DNA from: Planctopirus limnophila DSM 3776
Lineage (GTDB): Bacteria > Planctomycetota > Planctomycetia > Planctomycetales > Planctomycetaceae
Assembly (NCBI RefSeq): GCF_000092105.1
Contig: NC_014148.1
Location: 1,590,001 to 1,622,000, forward strand
Direction of reading: 5' to 3'
Length of the DNA: 32,000 nt
Below, one piece after another: positions 1 to 9,047 of the stretch. A program made the position numbers and the translations under genes. Each line of letters begins with the position of its first letter. The first letter of the stretch is position 1. The notes under the pieces are model-generated. The model was not told the DNA's origin. It did no database searches and was given only the letters and a program-made list of their open reading frames with translations.

Positions 1-653
1 TCCGAGTAGGTCAGCGAAGTGACCATGTACTGCAGCGGAGCCTCTTCATCAACTTCCGGCCCGGGAATCCGCTCAATGATCAGATCGAGCAGTGGACGGA
101 TATCTCCACTGCGTGTCGCTGGATCATGAGAGGCATAACCTGAGCGGCCACTGGCAAACACATAAGGGAAATCGAGAGTCGCGTCGTCGGCACCCAGTTC
201 GACGAAGAGATCAAAAGTTTCGTTCAAAACATCGAGAGGCCGGGCATCGGGACGGTCAATTTTGTTGACAACCACGAGTGGCTGAAGACCGACTTCCAGT
301 GCTTTTTGGAGCACGAAGCGAGTTTGTGGGCGTGGACCTTCGAACGAGTCGACGAGTACCAGGGCGCCATCGGCCATCCGCAAGACGCGTTCGACTTCAC
401 CACCGAAGTCGGCGTGGCCGGGAGTATCGATGATATTGATTTTGGTATCGCCATAGGTCAGGGCGATGTTTTTGGCGAGGATGGTAATGCCGCGTTCGCG
501 TTCCTGGTCATTAGAATCCAGGATACATTCCTGCTGGAGTTGTGACTCGCGGAACTGGCCACTGAACTTGATCAAACTGTCCACCAGAGTGGTTTTGCCA
601 TGGTCAACGTGAGCAATAATGGCCACGTTGCGGATGTCGTTTCGTCGCTTCAT
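1..653 (-). CDS. typA: Translational GTPase TypA/BipA, N-terminal part (gene continues past the window start)
   Basis: Absent from the ORF track because it runs off the edge. Reverse-strand translation from the ATG (complement of 651-653) reads [70 protein letters not shown]. This gives G1 (AHVDHGKT), G3 (DTPGH) and G4 (NKID) with TypA-type spacing, plus the [10 protein letters not shown] signature. Confidence 0.93.
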   Translation of the reverse strand, partial: MKRRNDIRNVAIIAHVDHGKTTLVDSLIKFSGQFRESQLQQECILDSNDQERERGITILAKNIALTYGDTKINIIDTPGHADFGGEVERVLRMADGALVLVDSFEGPRPQTRFVLQKALEVGLQPLVVVNKIDRPDARPLDVLNETFDLFVELGADDATLDFPYVFASGRSGYASHDPATRSGDIRPLLDLIIERIPGPEVDEEAPLQYMVTSLTYS

Positions 654-1019
654 GTTCTCAAATCAAAAAGTTGGGCGGGTCGAACAGTAAGTTCACCGCA
701 AGGAAATACGGGGCTGACAACCTTGTCAGCGTTTAGTTTGGCAACTCGGTCTTTGAGTCATCGCATAGTCCACCATTACGGTCGACGCGCAAAACTCAGC
801 CAGACCGGACGCGGAAACTGGTTTCAACCAGTTCCGATGTTCTATGAGCCTGAGACTGAATAACCTGAGGCGGTTTTGCCAAGGTATTAGTCTATCTTCA
901 TAGTTCCCGACTCGAAAGCCTGTCACGGCCCGGGACTTGTGATAATCTCGCGAAGAATATGGATTTTCGATTGATCGTACCTATTTCATCGGCTGATTCT
1001 GGATCAATTAGATTGGAGC

Positions 1020-1871
1020 TTGTTGATGTGTTCGGGGATGGCCTCTTCCTGGAATCAGCTCCTTCATAGGAGAAACCAGCTTCTGGTGAGTGTCCGGAAT
1101 GCCGAAGAGGCCAGGCTGGTGGTCAATTCCGGGGTCGCTGTGCTGGACGTTAAAGACCCTGCGCGGGGAGCCCTGGGCAGGGCCGACGAATCTGTCTGGA
1201 GAGAAATTCTGGCTGTTGCCGGAAAACATCGGGTTGCGCCTGGGGTCTCAGAAAAGTCCTCAGGCAGGCCGACTCGTGTCCATTCTGGTTTGGTGACGTC
1301 ACTCGCACTCGGGGAACTTTTAGAAGTTGAACCGTGTGCGATTCCGGAAGGCGTTGATGTCTTAAAAGTGGGGTTAGCTCAGTGTGGACGGCAACAGTGT
1401 GCAGGCCAACGGGAAGATCAAGAAGGCTGGACTCGAAAATGGCTCCAGTTCCGAGAGCAAACAGAAGCTCTGTCAAAACGCAGTTTCCGCTGGATGGCAG
1501 TCGCCTATTTTGACTCTGCGGCACGAGCCCCCGATCTGGAAGAAGTCAAGACTTTTGCCATCCAGCAACAGTTGGCCGGCGTGCTGATTGACAGTTATGA
1601 GAAAACGGGTCAAACGATGACCGACGTTTACAGTTGGGAACAATTGAGTGCTTGTCGAGATGAACTGGTCGCTGCTGGGATGCTGCTCGCCATTGCCGGC
1701 CAGATTCGAGAAGAAATGCTACCCGTTCTCAAGAAACTTGAGCCGCATTTGCTGGCCGTTCGATCAGCAGTTTGTCAATTGCGGGATCGAAATCGGAGTG
1801 TGAGTCCCGAGGCTCTGGAAAAGTTTAGTGCGGAGTTGTCGCTGCCGCTGGAAGCTATGACTCGGCAATAG
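1020..1871 (+). CDS. (5-formylfuran-3-yl)methyl phosphate synthase-like protein (MfnB/DUF556 family); start uncertain (TTG 1020, ATG 1026 or ATG 1038)
   Basis: The translation contains LLVSVRNAEEARLVVNSGVAVLDVKDPARGALG, LKVGL, VLIDSYEKTG, LAIAGQI and AVRSAVC. These appear in the same order as the conserved blocks of archaeal MfnB as I recall them (LLVS..DIIDVKNP..GSLG, KVGL, LDT..K.G, ALAGS, GVRGA.C). Confidence 0.6.
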   Translation: MLMCSGMASSWNQLLHRRNQLLVSVRNAEEARLVVNSGVAVLDVKDPARGALGRADESVWREILAVAGKHRVAPGVSEKSSGRPTRVHSGLVTSLALGELLEVEPCAIPEGVDVLKVGLAQCGRQQCAGQREDQEGWTRKWLQFREQTEALSKRSFRWMAVAYFDSAARAPDLEEVKTFAIQQQLAGVLIDSYEKTGQTMTDVYSWEQLSACRDELVAAGMLLAIAGQIREEMLPVLKKLEPHLLAVRSAVCQLRDRNRSVSPEALEKFSAELSLPLEAMTRQ

Positions 1872-1901
1872 CGAACCAGAGATCACCAGCGAAACGTGCC
1901 C

Positions 1902-1940
1902 GTGATTCAAGAACGTCTCTGTGATTCAACACAGAATCAC
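1902..1940. promoter_or_regulatory. Three copies of half-site GTGATTC: two direct (1902-1910 and 1921-1929 as GTGATTCAA) and one inverted (GAATCAC, 1934-1940). The last two form a 7-bp inverted repeat with a 6-nt spacer.
   Basis: Read directly: cGTGATTCAAgaacgtctctGTGATTCAAcacaGAATCACgatttccttt. It lies between the MfnB-like stop (1871) and the HAD gene start (2061). It could be an operator or a weak A+T-rich terminator hairpin. Confidence 0.3.
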
Positions 1941-2060
1941 GATTTCCTTTGAAGGATGGGTTAGTGCATGGCTATTCTGCAACAGTGTTGGGAAGCAGCC
2001 ATGATTTGAGTGTATTTGAATCGTGAGCAATTCAGAGATCATGACTCAAAGCGAGTAACG

Positions 2061-3062
2061 ATGACACAATCCAGGCACATCTTTTTCATGGCACTGGCGG
2101 TGGTGGGGATGGCGACAAATTTGCTGGCAGAGGAACCATTACCTTCCTGGAATGACAGTGCAGCACGCCGAGCGATTCTGGAATATGTGAAATCGGTAAC
2201 GACTGAGGGCTCGCCCAGGTTTGTGCCTGTCTCTGAGCGAATTGTCACTTTTGATAACGATGGAACGCTCTGGTGCGAGCAGCCCATGTATGTGCAGTTG
2301 GCCTTTGCGCTGGATCGAGTGCGATTGCTGGCAGACAAACATCCCGAGTGGCGGACAGAAGAGCCTTTTCGCGCAGTGATCGAAAAAGATCTCCCCGCAT
2401 TGGCAAAGCTGGGTGCCAAAGGTCTGACAGAACTGACCATGGCGACTCATGCCGGTATGACAGACGACGAGTTTGAAAACATTGTGACCGAGTGGATTCG
2501 CAAGGCCCGGCACCCGAAGTTTCATCGACCCTACACCGAATGTGTCTATCAGCCGATGCTGGAGCTATTGGCCTTTCTGCGCCAGCACGAGTTCAAGACC
2601 TTCATCGTTTCGGGCGCAGGCATCGAATTCATGAGGCCCTGGGCAAAAGAAGTCTATGGGATTCCTCCTGAACAGGTCATTGGCAGCAGTGTGAAACTGA
2701 AGTACGAACTGCGCGATGGAAAACCTGTGCTCGTACGTCTTGCCGAACTGAATTTCATTGATGATCAGGCGGGAAAACCGGTGGGAATCCGACAAGTCAT
2801 TGGTCGGAGACCGGTGATGGCGGTAGGAAATTCGGATGGCGACTACGAAATGCTGGAATATGTCACATCGGGCCCGGCTAATGGTCTGGGTCTGATTGTG
2901 CACCATACAGATGCTGTTCGGGAATTTGCCTACGATCGACAGTCTCCGTTTGGTCGGCTGGATCGGGCACTGACAGACGCCACTTCCAAAGGGTGGATCG
3001 TGATTGATATGCAGCGCGACTGGAAAGTGATCTTTCCAGAAAGCCGTCCATCACAGAACTAA
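2061..3062 (+). CDS. Secreted HAD-superfamily hydrolase (HAD-IB/SerB-like phosphatase family)
   Basis: ATG 2061 gives MTQSRHIFFMALAVVGMATNLLAEE, which looks like a signal peptide. HAD motif I is present as TFDNDGTLW (DxDxT), followed by IVSGAG and a late GNSDGDYEML acidic motif. The longest ORF starts at GTG 2010, but that extension looks non-coding. Confidence 0.8.
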   Translation: MTQSRHIFFMALAVVGMATNLLAEEPLPSWNDSAARRAILEYVKSVTTEGSPRFVPVSERIVTFDNDGTLWCEQPMYVQLAFALDRVRLLADKHPEWRTEEPFRAVIEKDLPALAKLGAKGLTELTMATHAGMTDDEFENIVTEWIRKARHPKFHRPYTECVYQPMLELLAFLRQHEFKTFIVSGAGIEFMRPWAKEVYGIPPEQVIGSSVKLKYELRDGKPVLVRLAELNFIDDQAGKPVGIRQVIGRRPVMAVGNSDGDYEMLEYVTSGPANGLGLIVHHTDAVREFAYDRQSPFGRLDRALTDATSKGWIVIDMQRDWKVIFPESRPSQN

Positions 3063-3102
3063 TACGGATACCAGTATTTGACCGCGCTCCCTGGTCTTGG
3101 GC

Positions 3103-3178
3103 GGCTGGGGTTGAGTCTTCGAACCCCCAGCGATCTTCGGCACCATCTGGGGGTTCGCGAAGACGCTCAACCCCAGCC
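3103..3178. repeat. 76-nt imperfect palindrome (long hairpin) between convergent genes; possible bidirectional terminator or REP/MITE-like element
   Basis: The left arm is ggctggggttgagtcttcgaacccccag (3103-3130). The right arm is ctgggggttcgCGaagacGCtcaaccccagcc (3147-3178). They pair over 12+5+11 bp with two 2-nt bulges and a 16-nt loop. There is no clear U-tract on either strand. Confidence 0.6.
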
Positions 3179-3260
3179 ACGCGCCGCGAAATTGTTTATT
3201 GGATTCCGTAGAAGTTGTCACCAGGTGAAAATTCAGATTTCTCGCTCGCCAGAGAAACGA

Positions 3261-3572
3261 TCAATCTTCAAGAGTTTCCAGAAAAGCTGTCATTTCTCCG
3301 GCGGCATGAGCATCTCCCACACGCTTAGCAGCCAAAATTCCTGCCCGGCAGGCATCACGGGCTTGAGCGGTCTGTTCGTCTTCGGCCAGAACCTGTGCTT
3401 TTCGAAAGTAAGCTGCGACGTAATCAGGATCATCAGCGATGAGGCTGTCCAGCGCTTCCAGCCCCAAGGTTGTTTCTCCCGACTTGACAAGCTCGAGGGC
3501 CAGCGCATAACGCAGGAACGAATCTTGAGGAGTTTCCTGCAACATTTGCTTCAATTTCTCTAAACGCGACAT
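3261..3572 (-). CDS. Small tetratricopeptide-repeat (TPR) protein
   Basis: The 103-aa ORF MSRLEKLKQMLQETPQDSFLRYALALELVKSGE..DPDYVAAYFRKAQVL is all-helical with a TPR-like A/Y/L periodicity. No other domain is evident. Confidence 0.6.
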   Translation of the reverse strand: MSRLEKLKQMLQETPQDSFLRYALALELVKSGETTLGLEALDSLIADDPDYVAAYFRKAQVLAEDEQTAQARDACRAGILAAKRVGDAHAAGEMTAFLETLED

Positions 3573-3950
3573 GACTGCTCCCCGGCTGTGTTCTATCAGT
3601 TGGAGTGAATTATTTCGTTGTGATCCCGGCGGTTCGGCAATCTCTGCCGATTCGTACTACTACTGCTGGTCTTTGGTGAAGTTTCACAGACACTCTTGAA
3701 CAAAAGTCTCTAAACCCTCTGGTTTTGGACGAACTCAGCGGCCGCACAGCCGAAGAGTTTACCCCATTTCACGAGTAACGACTTGGCAATCTGTACGCCA
3801 TGACGCAAGTGCATTTCAACCCTGCCGGGTAACTGGTCGATGCCATCCCGGCGGAGCCATGGAGGATTGCTCCAATACAACACGATGGATCGTGGCAGCC
3901 TGAGCCGTTTGACCACAACGCAACCCTGCGGACCACGAGTGATCTTCCCC

Positions 3951-5312
3951 ATGATTAAGTGGCTTATCACGCCAGCGATTTACGGAGTTCTCTGCCTGAC
4001 AGCAGTGCTGTCCAGTGCCTCGGAGCTTCGTGAAACCCCAGCCGTCCGGGCCTACAAAAGGGCATCGGCTTCCGTTGTGAACATTCACACTGAGAAGTCA
4101 GCTCAGGAACGGGACTCTGTCTTTGCCTCTAGCCGAGGTCGCAAGATTAACGGCATGGGGACCGGCATCGTCATTGACGAACGCGGGTATATCGTCACCA
4201 ATCACCATGTGGTGGCTGATGTCGAACTGATTCGTGCGACATTCGAAGATGGCAGCGATTACGATGCCCGCGTCATCGGCGTCGATAAAGAACAGGATCT
4301 GGCGGTCATCAAGGTGGATGGCACCAAGACATTCAAAGTCGCTCCCTTCGGAACATCGAGCGATATCTACCTTGCTGAACGCGTACTGGCGATTGGTAAC
4401 GCTTATGGTTATCGCCACACCGTGACAGAAGGCATTGTCAGTGCTCTGGGCCGCGATGTGGAAGTCAATGAGACGCAATCATACCGCAATTTGATTCAGA
4501 CCGACGCCAGCATCAATCCGGGCAACAGCGGTGGCCCGCTGATCAATATGGACGGTGATGTGATCGGTGTGAATGTTGCTATCCGGGCCGGGGCGCAGCG
4601 AATTGGCTTCGCGATTCCCATCGACGACGCTCGCAAGGTGGTGGCTCGACTGATCTCTGTTGAGCAGATGGGTTTGGGTTATCACGGCGCGATTCTCAGA
4701 GATCTGAAAACGGCAACACAAAAGCTGTTGATTATTGAAAATGTGCTCTCCGACAGCCCTGCACAACGCGCCGGTTTGAAGGCTGGTGATGTGGTTCTCA
4801 AGGCCGGTTCACTGGAAGTAAGTGATTCTGTCGATTTCGAACGATCGCTCCTGGGCCGTAAGCCTGGCGATAATCTGGATCTGGTTGTTCGGCGTAATGA
4901 TCGGGATGAAAAACTGAATTTTGCTCTCGGGCAATCCAATATCTCTCTTGTGCAGAATCAGGCATTTCGTCCTGCATCCACCGGAATCAATGAGACGGAA
5001 GCTCAACGGTTCTGGCAGATTCTGGGCTTGAAACTGGCACCGATTGCTGCTGATCAAAAGCTGCTGACAGGTACACGTTACCGTGGTGGATTGCGAGTCG
5101 TCGATGTCCGCCCGGACAGCCCGGCTGCTTCGAACGGGATCACCAAGGGCGATATTCTCGTCGGTCTGCATGATTGGGAAACACTCTCTGTCGAGAACGT
5201 GACCTGGATCGTCAACAAATCGAACGAAATCAAGCTGAACCCAATCAAGTTTTACATTGTACGCGGTCAGGAAACATTGTTCGGCCACCTGCAGACCGCC
5301 AGCCGCCAGTAG
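3951..5312 (+). CDS. HtrA/DegP-family periplasmic serine protease (S1C) with PDZ domains
   Basis: The catalytic triad contexts are TNHHVV (His), DLAVIKV (Asp) and GNSGGPLINMDGDVIGVN (Ser). Two PDZ-like segments are present (SPAQRAGLKAGDVVL and SPAASNGITKGDILV). ATG 3951 gives an N-terminal membrane anchor/signal, MIKWLITPAIYGVLCLTAVLSSA. Confidence 0.9.
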   Translation: MIKWLITPAIYGVLCLTAVLSSASELRETPAVRAYKRASASVVNIHTEKSAQERDSVFASSRGRKINGMGTGIVIDERGYIVTNHHVVADVELIRATFEDGSDYDARVIGVDKEQDLAVIKVDGTKTFKVAPFGTSSDIYLAERVLAIGNAYGYRHTVTEGIVSALGRDVEVNETQSYRNLIQTDASINPGNSGGPLINMDGDVIGVNVAIRAGAQRIGFAIPIDDARKVVARLISVEQMGLGYHGAILRDLKTATQKLLIIENVLSDSPAQRAGLKAGDVVLKAGSLEVSDSVDFERSLLGRKPGDNLDLVVRRNDRDEKLNFALGQSNISLVQNQAFRPASTGINETEAQRFWQILGLKLAPIAADQKLLTGTRYRGGLRVVDVRPDSPAASNGITKGDILVGLHDWETLSVENVTWIVNKSNEIKLNPIKFYIVRGQETLFGHLQTASRQ

Positions 5313-5367
5313 ATTCTGATCACTGTCGACTGAATGCGTTTTAACTTGAACCATGCGTGAAGACGAT

Positions 5368-5420
5368 GCCGCAAGCTTTCACCGGATGTCCGGAAAGAGC
5401 TTGCGGCTTAATCTTTTTCG
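5368..5420 (+). terminator. Rho-independent terminator downstream of the protease gene
   Basis: gccgcaagct..ccggatgtccgg..agcttgcggc forms a 10-bp GC-rich outer stem plus a 4-bp inner stem. It is followed by ttaatcttttt. Confidence 0.7.
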
Positions 5421-5505
5421 CGACGGCTTGGTTGTCGAAGGAGCAGGTTGCTAATCTTCAATCGAGAACCATCTTGAACAGTGTATGCAGGCGACAGGCG
5501 GCAGA

Positions 5506-6447
5506 ATGACTTTTCGACCCGAGTTTGCCCTGATTGAGCGAATCCGAAAGGCAGCCGGGGGTTCATCTCGTGTGCTTCTGGGAATTGGTGATGATGCCGC
5601 CGGTTTAGGTTCTCGAGAAGACAGAGAGACACTCGTCGCCACGGATATGCTCCTGGATGGTGTACACTTTGTCGTCGAGGAGTGCGGCCCCTATTGGGCT
5701 GGTCGGAAGGCACTCGCTGTCAACTTGAGCGATCTTGCAGCCATGGGTGGGAGGTGCATCGCCTCGTTTGTTTCGATCGCCATCCCGCGTAATTGGAACG
5801 CCCACGAAGCGGATGAATTAATGCGCGGCGTTCTGGAATTGGCCGCAAAATGGGATTGTCCTGTTGCTGGAGGAGATACGAACAGTTGGGATGGTCGCCT
5901 GGTGATCAATGTGGCAGTGGTGGGCGAAACGATTGAAGCGACATCGATTCGTCGAGCCGGTGCGCAGGTGGGTGACGTCATTGTTGTGAGCGGTGCTCTG
6001 GGTGGTTCGATCTATGGCAGGCATCTGAAGTTCGAACCCCGCTTGGATGTGGCTGCTGAGCTATTGAAGCTGGCCAAACTTAACTCAATGATCGATTTGA
6101 GTGATGGACTGTCTTCCGATTTGTGGCACATCCTCAGAGCGAGCCATGCGGGTGCTGTACTCGAACAGAAGCGGATTCCTGTCCATGAGGATGTCCGCCA
6201 TCATGCCGACGTCGTGAACCTGAGTTCTCCACCGGCGCTCGCACATGCCCTTCATGATGGTGAAGATTTTGAACTCCTCTTCACGCTCTCCCCAGCTCAG
6301 TGGGAGACATTGCGGCAGAACTGGAAGCTGCCCATTGCCCTCACAAAAATTGGCACGATTGTTTCTGAAGAGGCTTGCAGGATCGTCAGCGAGACGGGAG
6401 AGTCAAAAGAACTGGTTCCCGGTGGTTATGTCCATCGCTTTGGTTGA
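5506..6447 (+). CDS. thiL: Thiamine-monophosphate kinase
   Basis: MTFRPEFALIERIRK matches the ThiL N-terminus (EF.LI.R). Other ThiL motifs are LGIGDDAA, ATDMLLDGVHF, the AIR-synthase-like DLAAMGG and GGDTN. An alternative upstream ATG lies at 5485. Confidence 0.88.
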   Translation: MTFRPEFALIERIRKAAGGSSRVLLGIGDDAAGLGSREDRETLVATDMLLDGVHFVVEECGPYWAGRKALAVNLSDLAAMGGRCIASFVSIAIPRNWNAHEADELMRGVLELAAKWDCPVAGGDTNSWDGRLVINVAVVGETIEATSIRRAGAQVGDVIVVSGALGGSIYGRHLKFEPRLDVAAELLKLAKLNSMIDLSDGLSSDLWHILRASHAGAVLEQKRIPVHEDVRHHADVVNLSSPPALAHALHDGEDFELLFTLSPAQWETLRQNWKLPIALTKIGTIVSEEACRIVSETGESKELVPGGYVHRFG

Positions 6448-6482
6448 AACTGTTTCGCGATTTGAATGGCTGCAAGCTGAGG

Positions 6483-9029
6483 ATGATGTCGTTGTCTGAT
6501 CAGGAATTACTCCGAAGAGACCAGGTTCTCGAACAGTATTACGACACGCTTGGTTACACACCTTATCCGGTTCAAGAGGAAGCGCTGTTTGCCTGGTTTA
6601 CTTCTGAAACTGGTGTGCTGATTTCGGCTCCGACGGGGACGGGGAAAACGCTCATTGCTGAGGGGGCGATCTTTGAAGCCCTCAAGAACCAGAAAACCAT
6701 CTATTATACGACACCTCTGATTGCGCTCACCGACCAGAAGTTTTCCGAGATTCAAGATGCTGCGGAACGCTGGGGTTTCTCGCGCGACGATGTGGGGCTG
6801 GTGACAGGCAACCGCAAGGTCAATCCTGATGCCCGTGTACTGGTGGTGGTGGCGGAGATTCTCCTCAATCGATTGCTGCACCCGGATGCTTTCGACTTTG
6901 CGAATGTCTTCGCCGTCGTGATGGATGAGTTTCACAGCTTTTCTGATCCTGAGCGAGGCATTGTCTGGGAGTTCTCGCTCTCCTTGCTGCCGCCGCATGT
7001 CCGGCTGATGCTCCTTTCTGCGACCATCGGGAATGCCAATCCATTTGTGACGTGGCTGCATCGCTGCCATGGGCGAAGACTGGAACTTGTGGTGGGGACG
7101 GAGCGAAAGGTTCCTCTCACGTTTCATTGGATTGGTGATCAGTTCGTTGCCGAACATCTGGAGTTTATGGCTCAGGGGGAAGGGGAAGCTCGCAGGACAC
7201 CGGCACTCGTCTTTTGTTTTGATCGGGAATTGTGCTGGAGCACCGCAGAAGAGTTGAAGGGGCGATCTGTCCTTCAAGGTGATCAGCAGAAGCAGCTGGC
7301 CGCCCGATTGAAAGATGTCGATTTCAAACATGGCGTGGGGCCGAAGCTGAAGCAGCTGTTGCATCGCGGTGTGGGCGTCCACCACGCGGGGTTATTGCCC
7401 AAGCATCGGCGGCTGGTCGAGGAACTGTTTCAAGAGAAGCTGCTGTCGATTTGTGTTTGCACCGAAACGCTTTCCGCAGGCATCAACCTGCCCGCAAAAT
7501 CGGTCGTCATGACCTGTCTCTTGAAAGGGCCACCCGGCAAAAAGAAACCGATCGACGCGAGCCTGGCGCATCAGATTTTTGGGCGCGCGGGGCGGCCTCA
7601 ATTTGATAAAGAGGGATTTGTTTACGCCTTACCCCACGAGGATGATGTGCGGATTGCCCGCTGGAAGGAGAAGTACGACCAGATACCGGAGGATACGAAA
7701 GATCCTCTGCTGATTAAGGCGAAAAAAGCACTCAAAAAGAAGATGCCCACGCGGAATCCTGCCAAACAGTATTGGAACGATGCACAATTCGAGAAATTGA
7801 AAACGGCTCCACCCAGAGACCTGGTGAGTCAGGGCGAGTTTCCCATTCGGCTGGTGGCCTATCTGCTCAAACTCTCACCCGAAGTGGATCGAATTCGTGT
7901 CCTCGTGCGGAAACGATTGATGGATCCTGGTCGGCTCAATGCGTGCGAACGTGACTTTGAGCAGATGCTGGTGGCCTTGCATCATGCCGGGTTTGTGGAA
8001 CTCGATCCTCCACCACCGGTCGCCAGCGAACCCTCAAAACCTGAAACGACGGAAACAATAACTGAAGAGATTCCTGAAAAGCTGAGCTGGCTGTCGCAGC
8101 ATCTGCAGAAATCGATTGATGAGAAGCGCGCCCAGCAGGGGAAGAAATCGGCGACAGAACTGAAGCGGCAGGATGAAACCGAAAAGAGCGTCTATCGACC
8201 ACTTCTTGCAAAACCGACGGCGGCTATGGATCGCATGTTTGCCTTTCGCAGCATTCATCCGCTCTATGGAGTGTTTCTCGCGGATCAGTTCGAAAAGGCT
8301 GATCGCATCGAATGGATGCTGGCACTCGAAAGTGTCCTGGAGTTCCCCAAATCGCTGGTGAGGTCTGTCCGCATTCCGCCTCCCCGATTTTTGCCACCGG
8401 GACGACTGGCTCTGGAGGTGCTTGATCCGGAGATTATCGCTCGAGGGATTTTGCCTGCCGGAGACTTGTATCCCGAGTTTGATCCCTCCTTGCCGCCGGA
8501 AGAGCGAAAGTATGCACCCACGTTGCCTGAGAAGCTGTTGATGCTGTTTCAATCCGATTATCCCGGCATCAGTATCCCCATGACACCAGTCTATGTGGTG
8601 GCCGATCTCGAAGAATTTGGTTTCAACTTCTACAAGCTGATTGGCGGTCGCGATCTGGCCAAACAGGAAGGGCTCGTTTTTAAGCATCTGTTGAGAATGG
8701 TGCTGCTATTAGAAGAATTTGCAGATTGCCCTCCTCCCCATCGAGATCCGCAAGCGTGGAGAGATGAGCTTCTGGAACTGGCAACCAGGATTTCGTGGAG
8801 CTGCGAGGCGGTGGATCCCCAAAGTACGGAGCAGGCTCTGGCGACCAATGCTGCACGGGATGTCCTGCAGGGGGAAACCAACGATGTTCCCGTGGTACAT
8901 GAAATTGAACTGCCACCTCGTCCACCCGGTTTTGGTGAAGCCGATGGCGAAGAGTTGCCTCTGGTCGAAACGACGACTGAGGACAATTTTGGCGACGGAT
9001 TAGAGATCGATGACGAGGAATCGGCATGA
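6483..9029 (+). CDS. Large superfamily-2 DEAD/DEAH-box (DExH) helicase with an approx. 450-aa uncharacterised C-terminal region and an acidic tail
   Basis: Helicase motifs are motif I SAPTGTGKT, motif II VMDEFH, motif III LSAT and motif VI QIFGRAGRPQFD. The C-terminal half has no motif I recognise and ends in EADGEELPLVETTTEDNFGDGLEIDDEESA. I prefer the ATG at 6483 because it starts after the thiL stop. Confidence 0.85.
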   Translation: MMSLSDQELLRRDQVLEQYYDTLGYTPYPVQEEALFAWFTSETGVLISAPTGTGKTLIAEGAIFEALKNQKTIYYTTPLIALTDQKFSEIQDAAERWGFSRDDVGLVTGNRKVNPDARVLVVVAEILLNRLLHPDAFDFANVFAVVMDEFHSFSDPERGIVWEFSLSLLPPHVRLMLLSATIGNANPFVTWLHRCHGRRLELVVGTERKVPLTFHWIGDQFVAEHLEFMAQGEGEARRTPALVFCFDRELCWSTAEELKGRSVLQGDQQKQLAARLKDVDFKHGVGPKLKQLLHRGVGVHHAGLLPKHRRLVEELFQEKLLSICVCTETLSAGINLPAKSVVMTCLLKGPPGKKKPIDASLAHQIFGRAGRPQFDKEGFVYALPHEDDVRIARWKEKYDQIPEDTKDPLLIKAKKALKKKMPTRNPAKQYWNDAQFEKLKTAPPRDLVSQGEFPIRLVAYLLKLSPEVDRIRVLVRKRLMDPGRLNACERDFEQMLVALHHAGFVELDPPPPVASEPSKPETTETITEEIPEKLSWLSQHLQKSIDEKRAQQGKKSATELKRQDETEKSVYRPLLAKPTAAMDRMFAFRSIHPLYGVFLADQFEKADRIEWMLALESVLEFPKSLVRSVRIPPPRFLPPGRLALEVLDPEIIARGILPAGDLYPEFDPSLPPEERKYAPTLPEKLLMLFQSDYPGISIPMTPVYVVADLEEFGFNFYKLIGGRDLAKQEGLVFKHLLRMVLLLEEFADCPPPHRDPQAWRDELLELATRISWSCEAVDPQSTEQALATNAARDVLQGETNDVPVVHEIELPPRPPGFGEADGEELPLVETTTEDNFGDGLEIDDEESA

Positions 9030-9047
9030 TCGAGGCAGGGCAAAGTC

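Noticed and set aside
3078-3563. A 161-aa plus-strand ORF spanning the palindrome and the TPR gene region.
   Set aside because: It runs antisense to a better-supported TPR gene and passes through the non-coding palindrome. Its translation has no protein-like features.
3840-3950. N-terminal extensions of the longest ORFs for the protease (3840), HAD hydrolase (2010), peroxiredoxin (10432), SRPBCC protein (13217), isomerase (14503), WD40 protein (26806), helicase (6375) and sigma factor (18671).
   Set aside because: In each case an internal ATG immediately precedes a signal peptide, TM anchor or the conserved family N-terminus. The extension either overlaps the neighbouring gene or has non-protein-like composition, so I preferred the shorter models.
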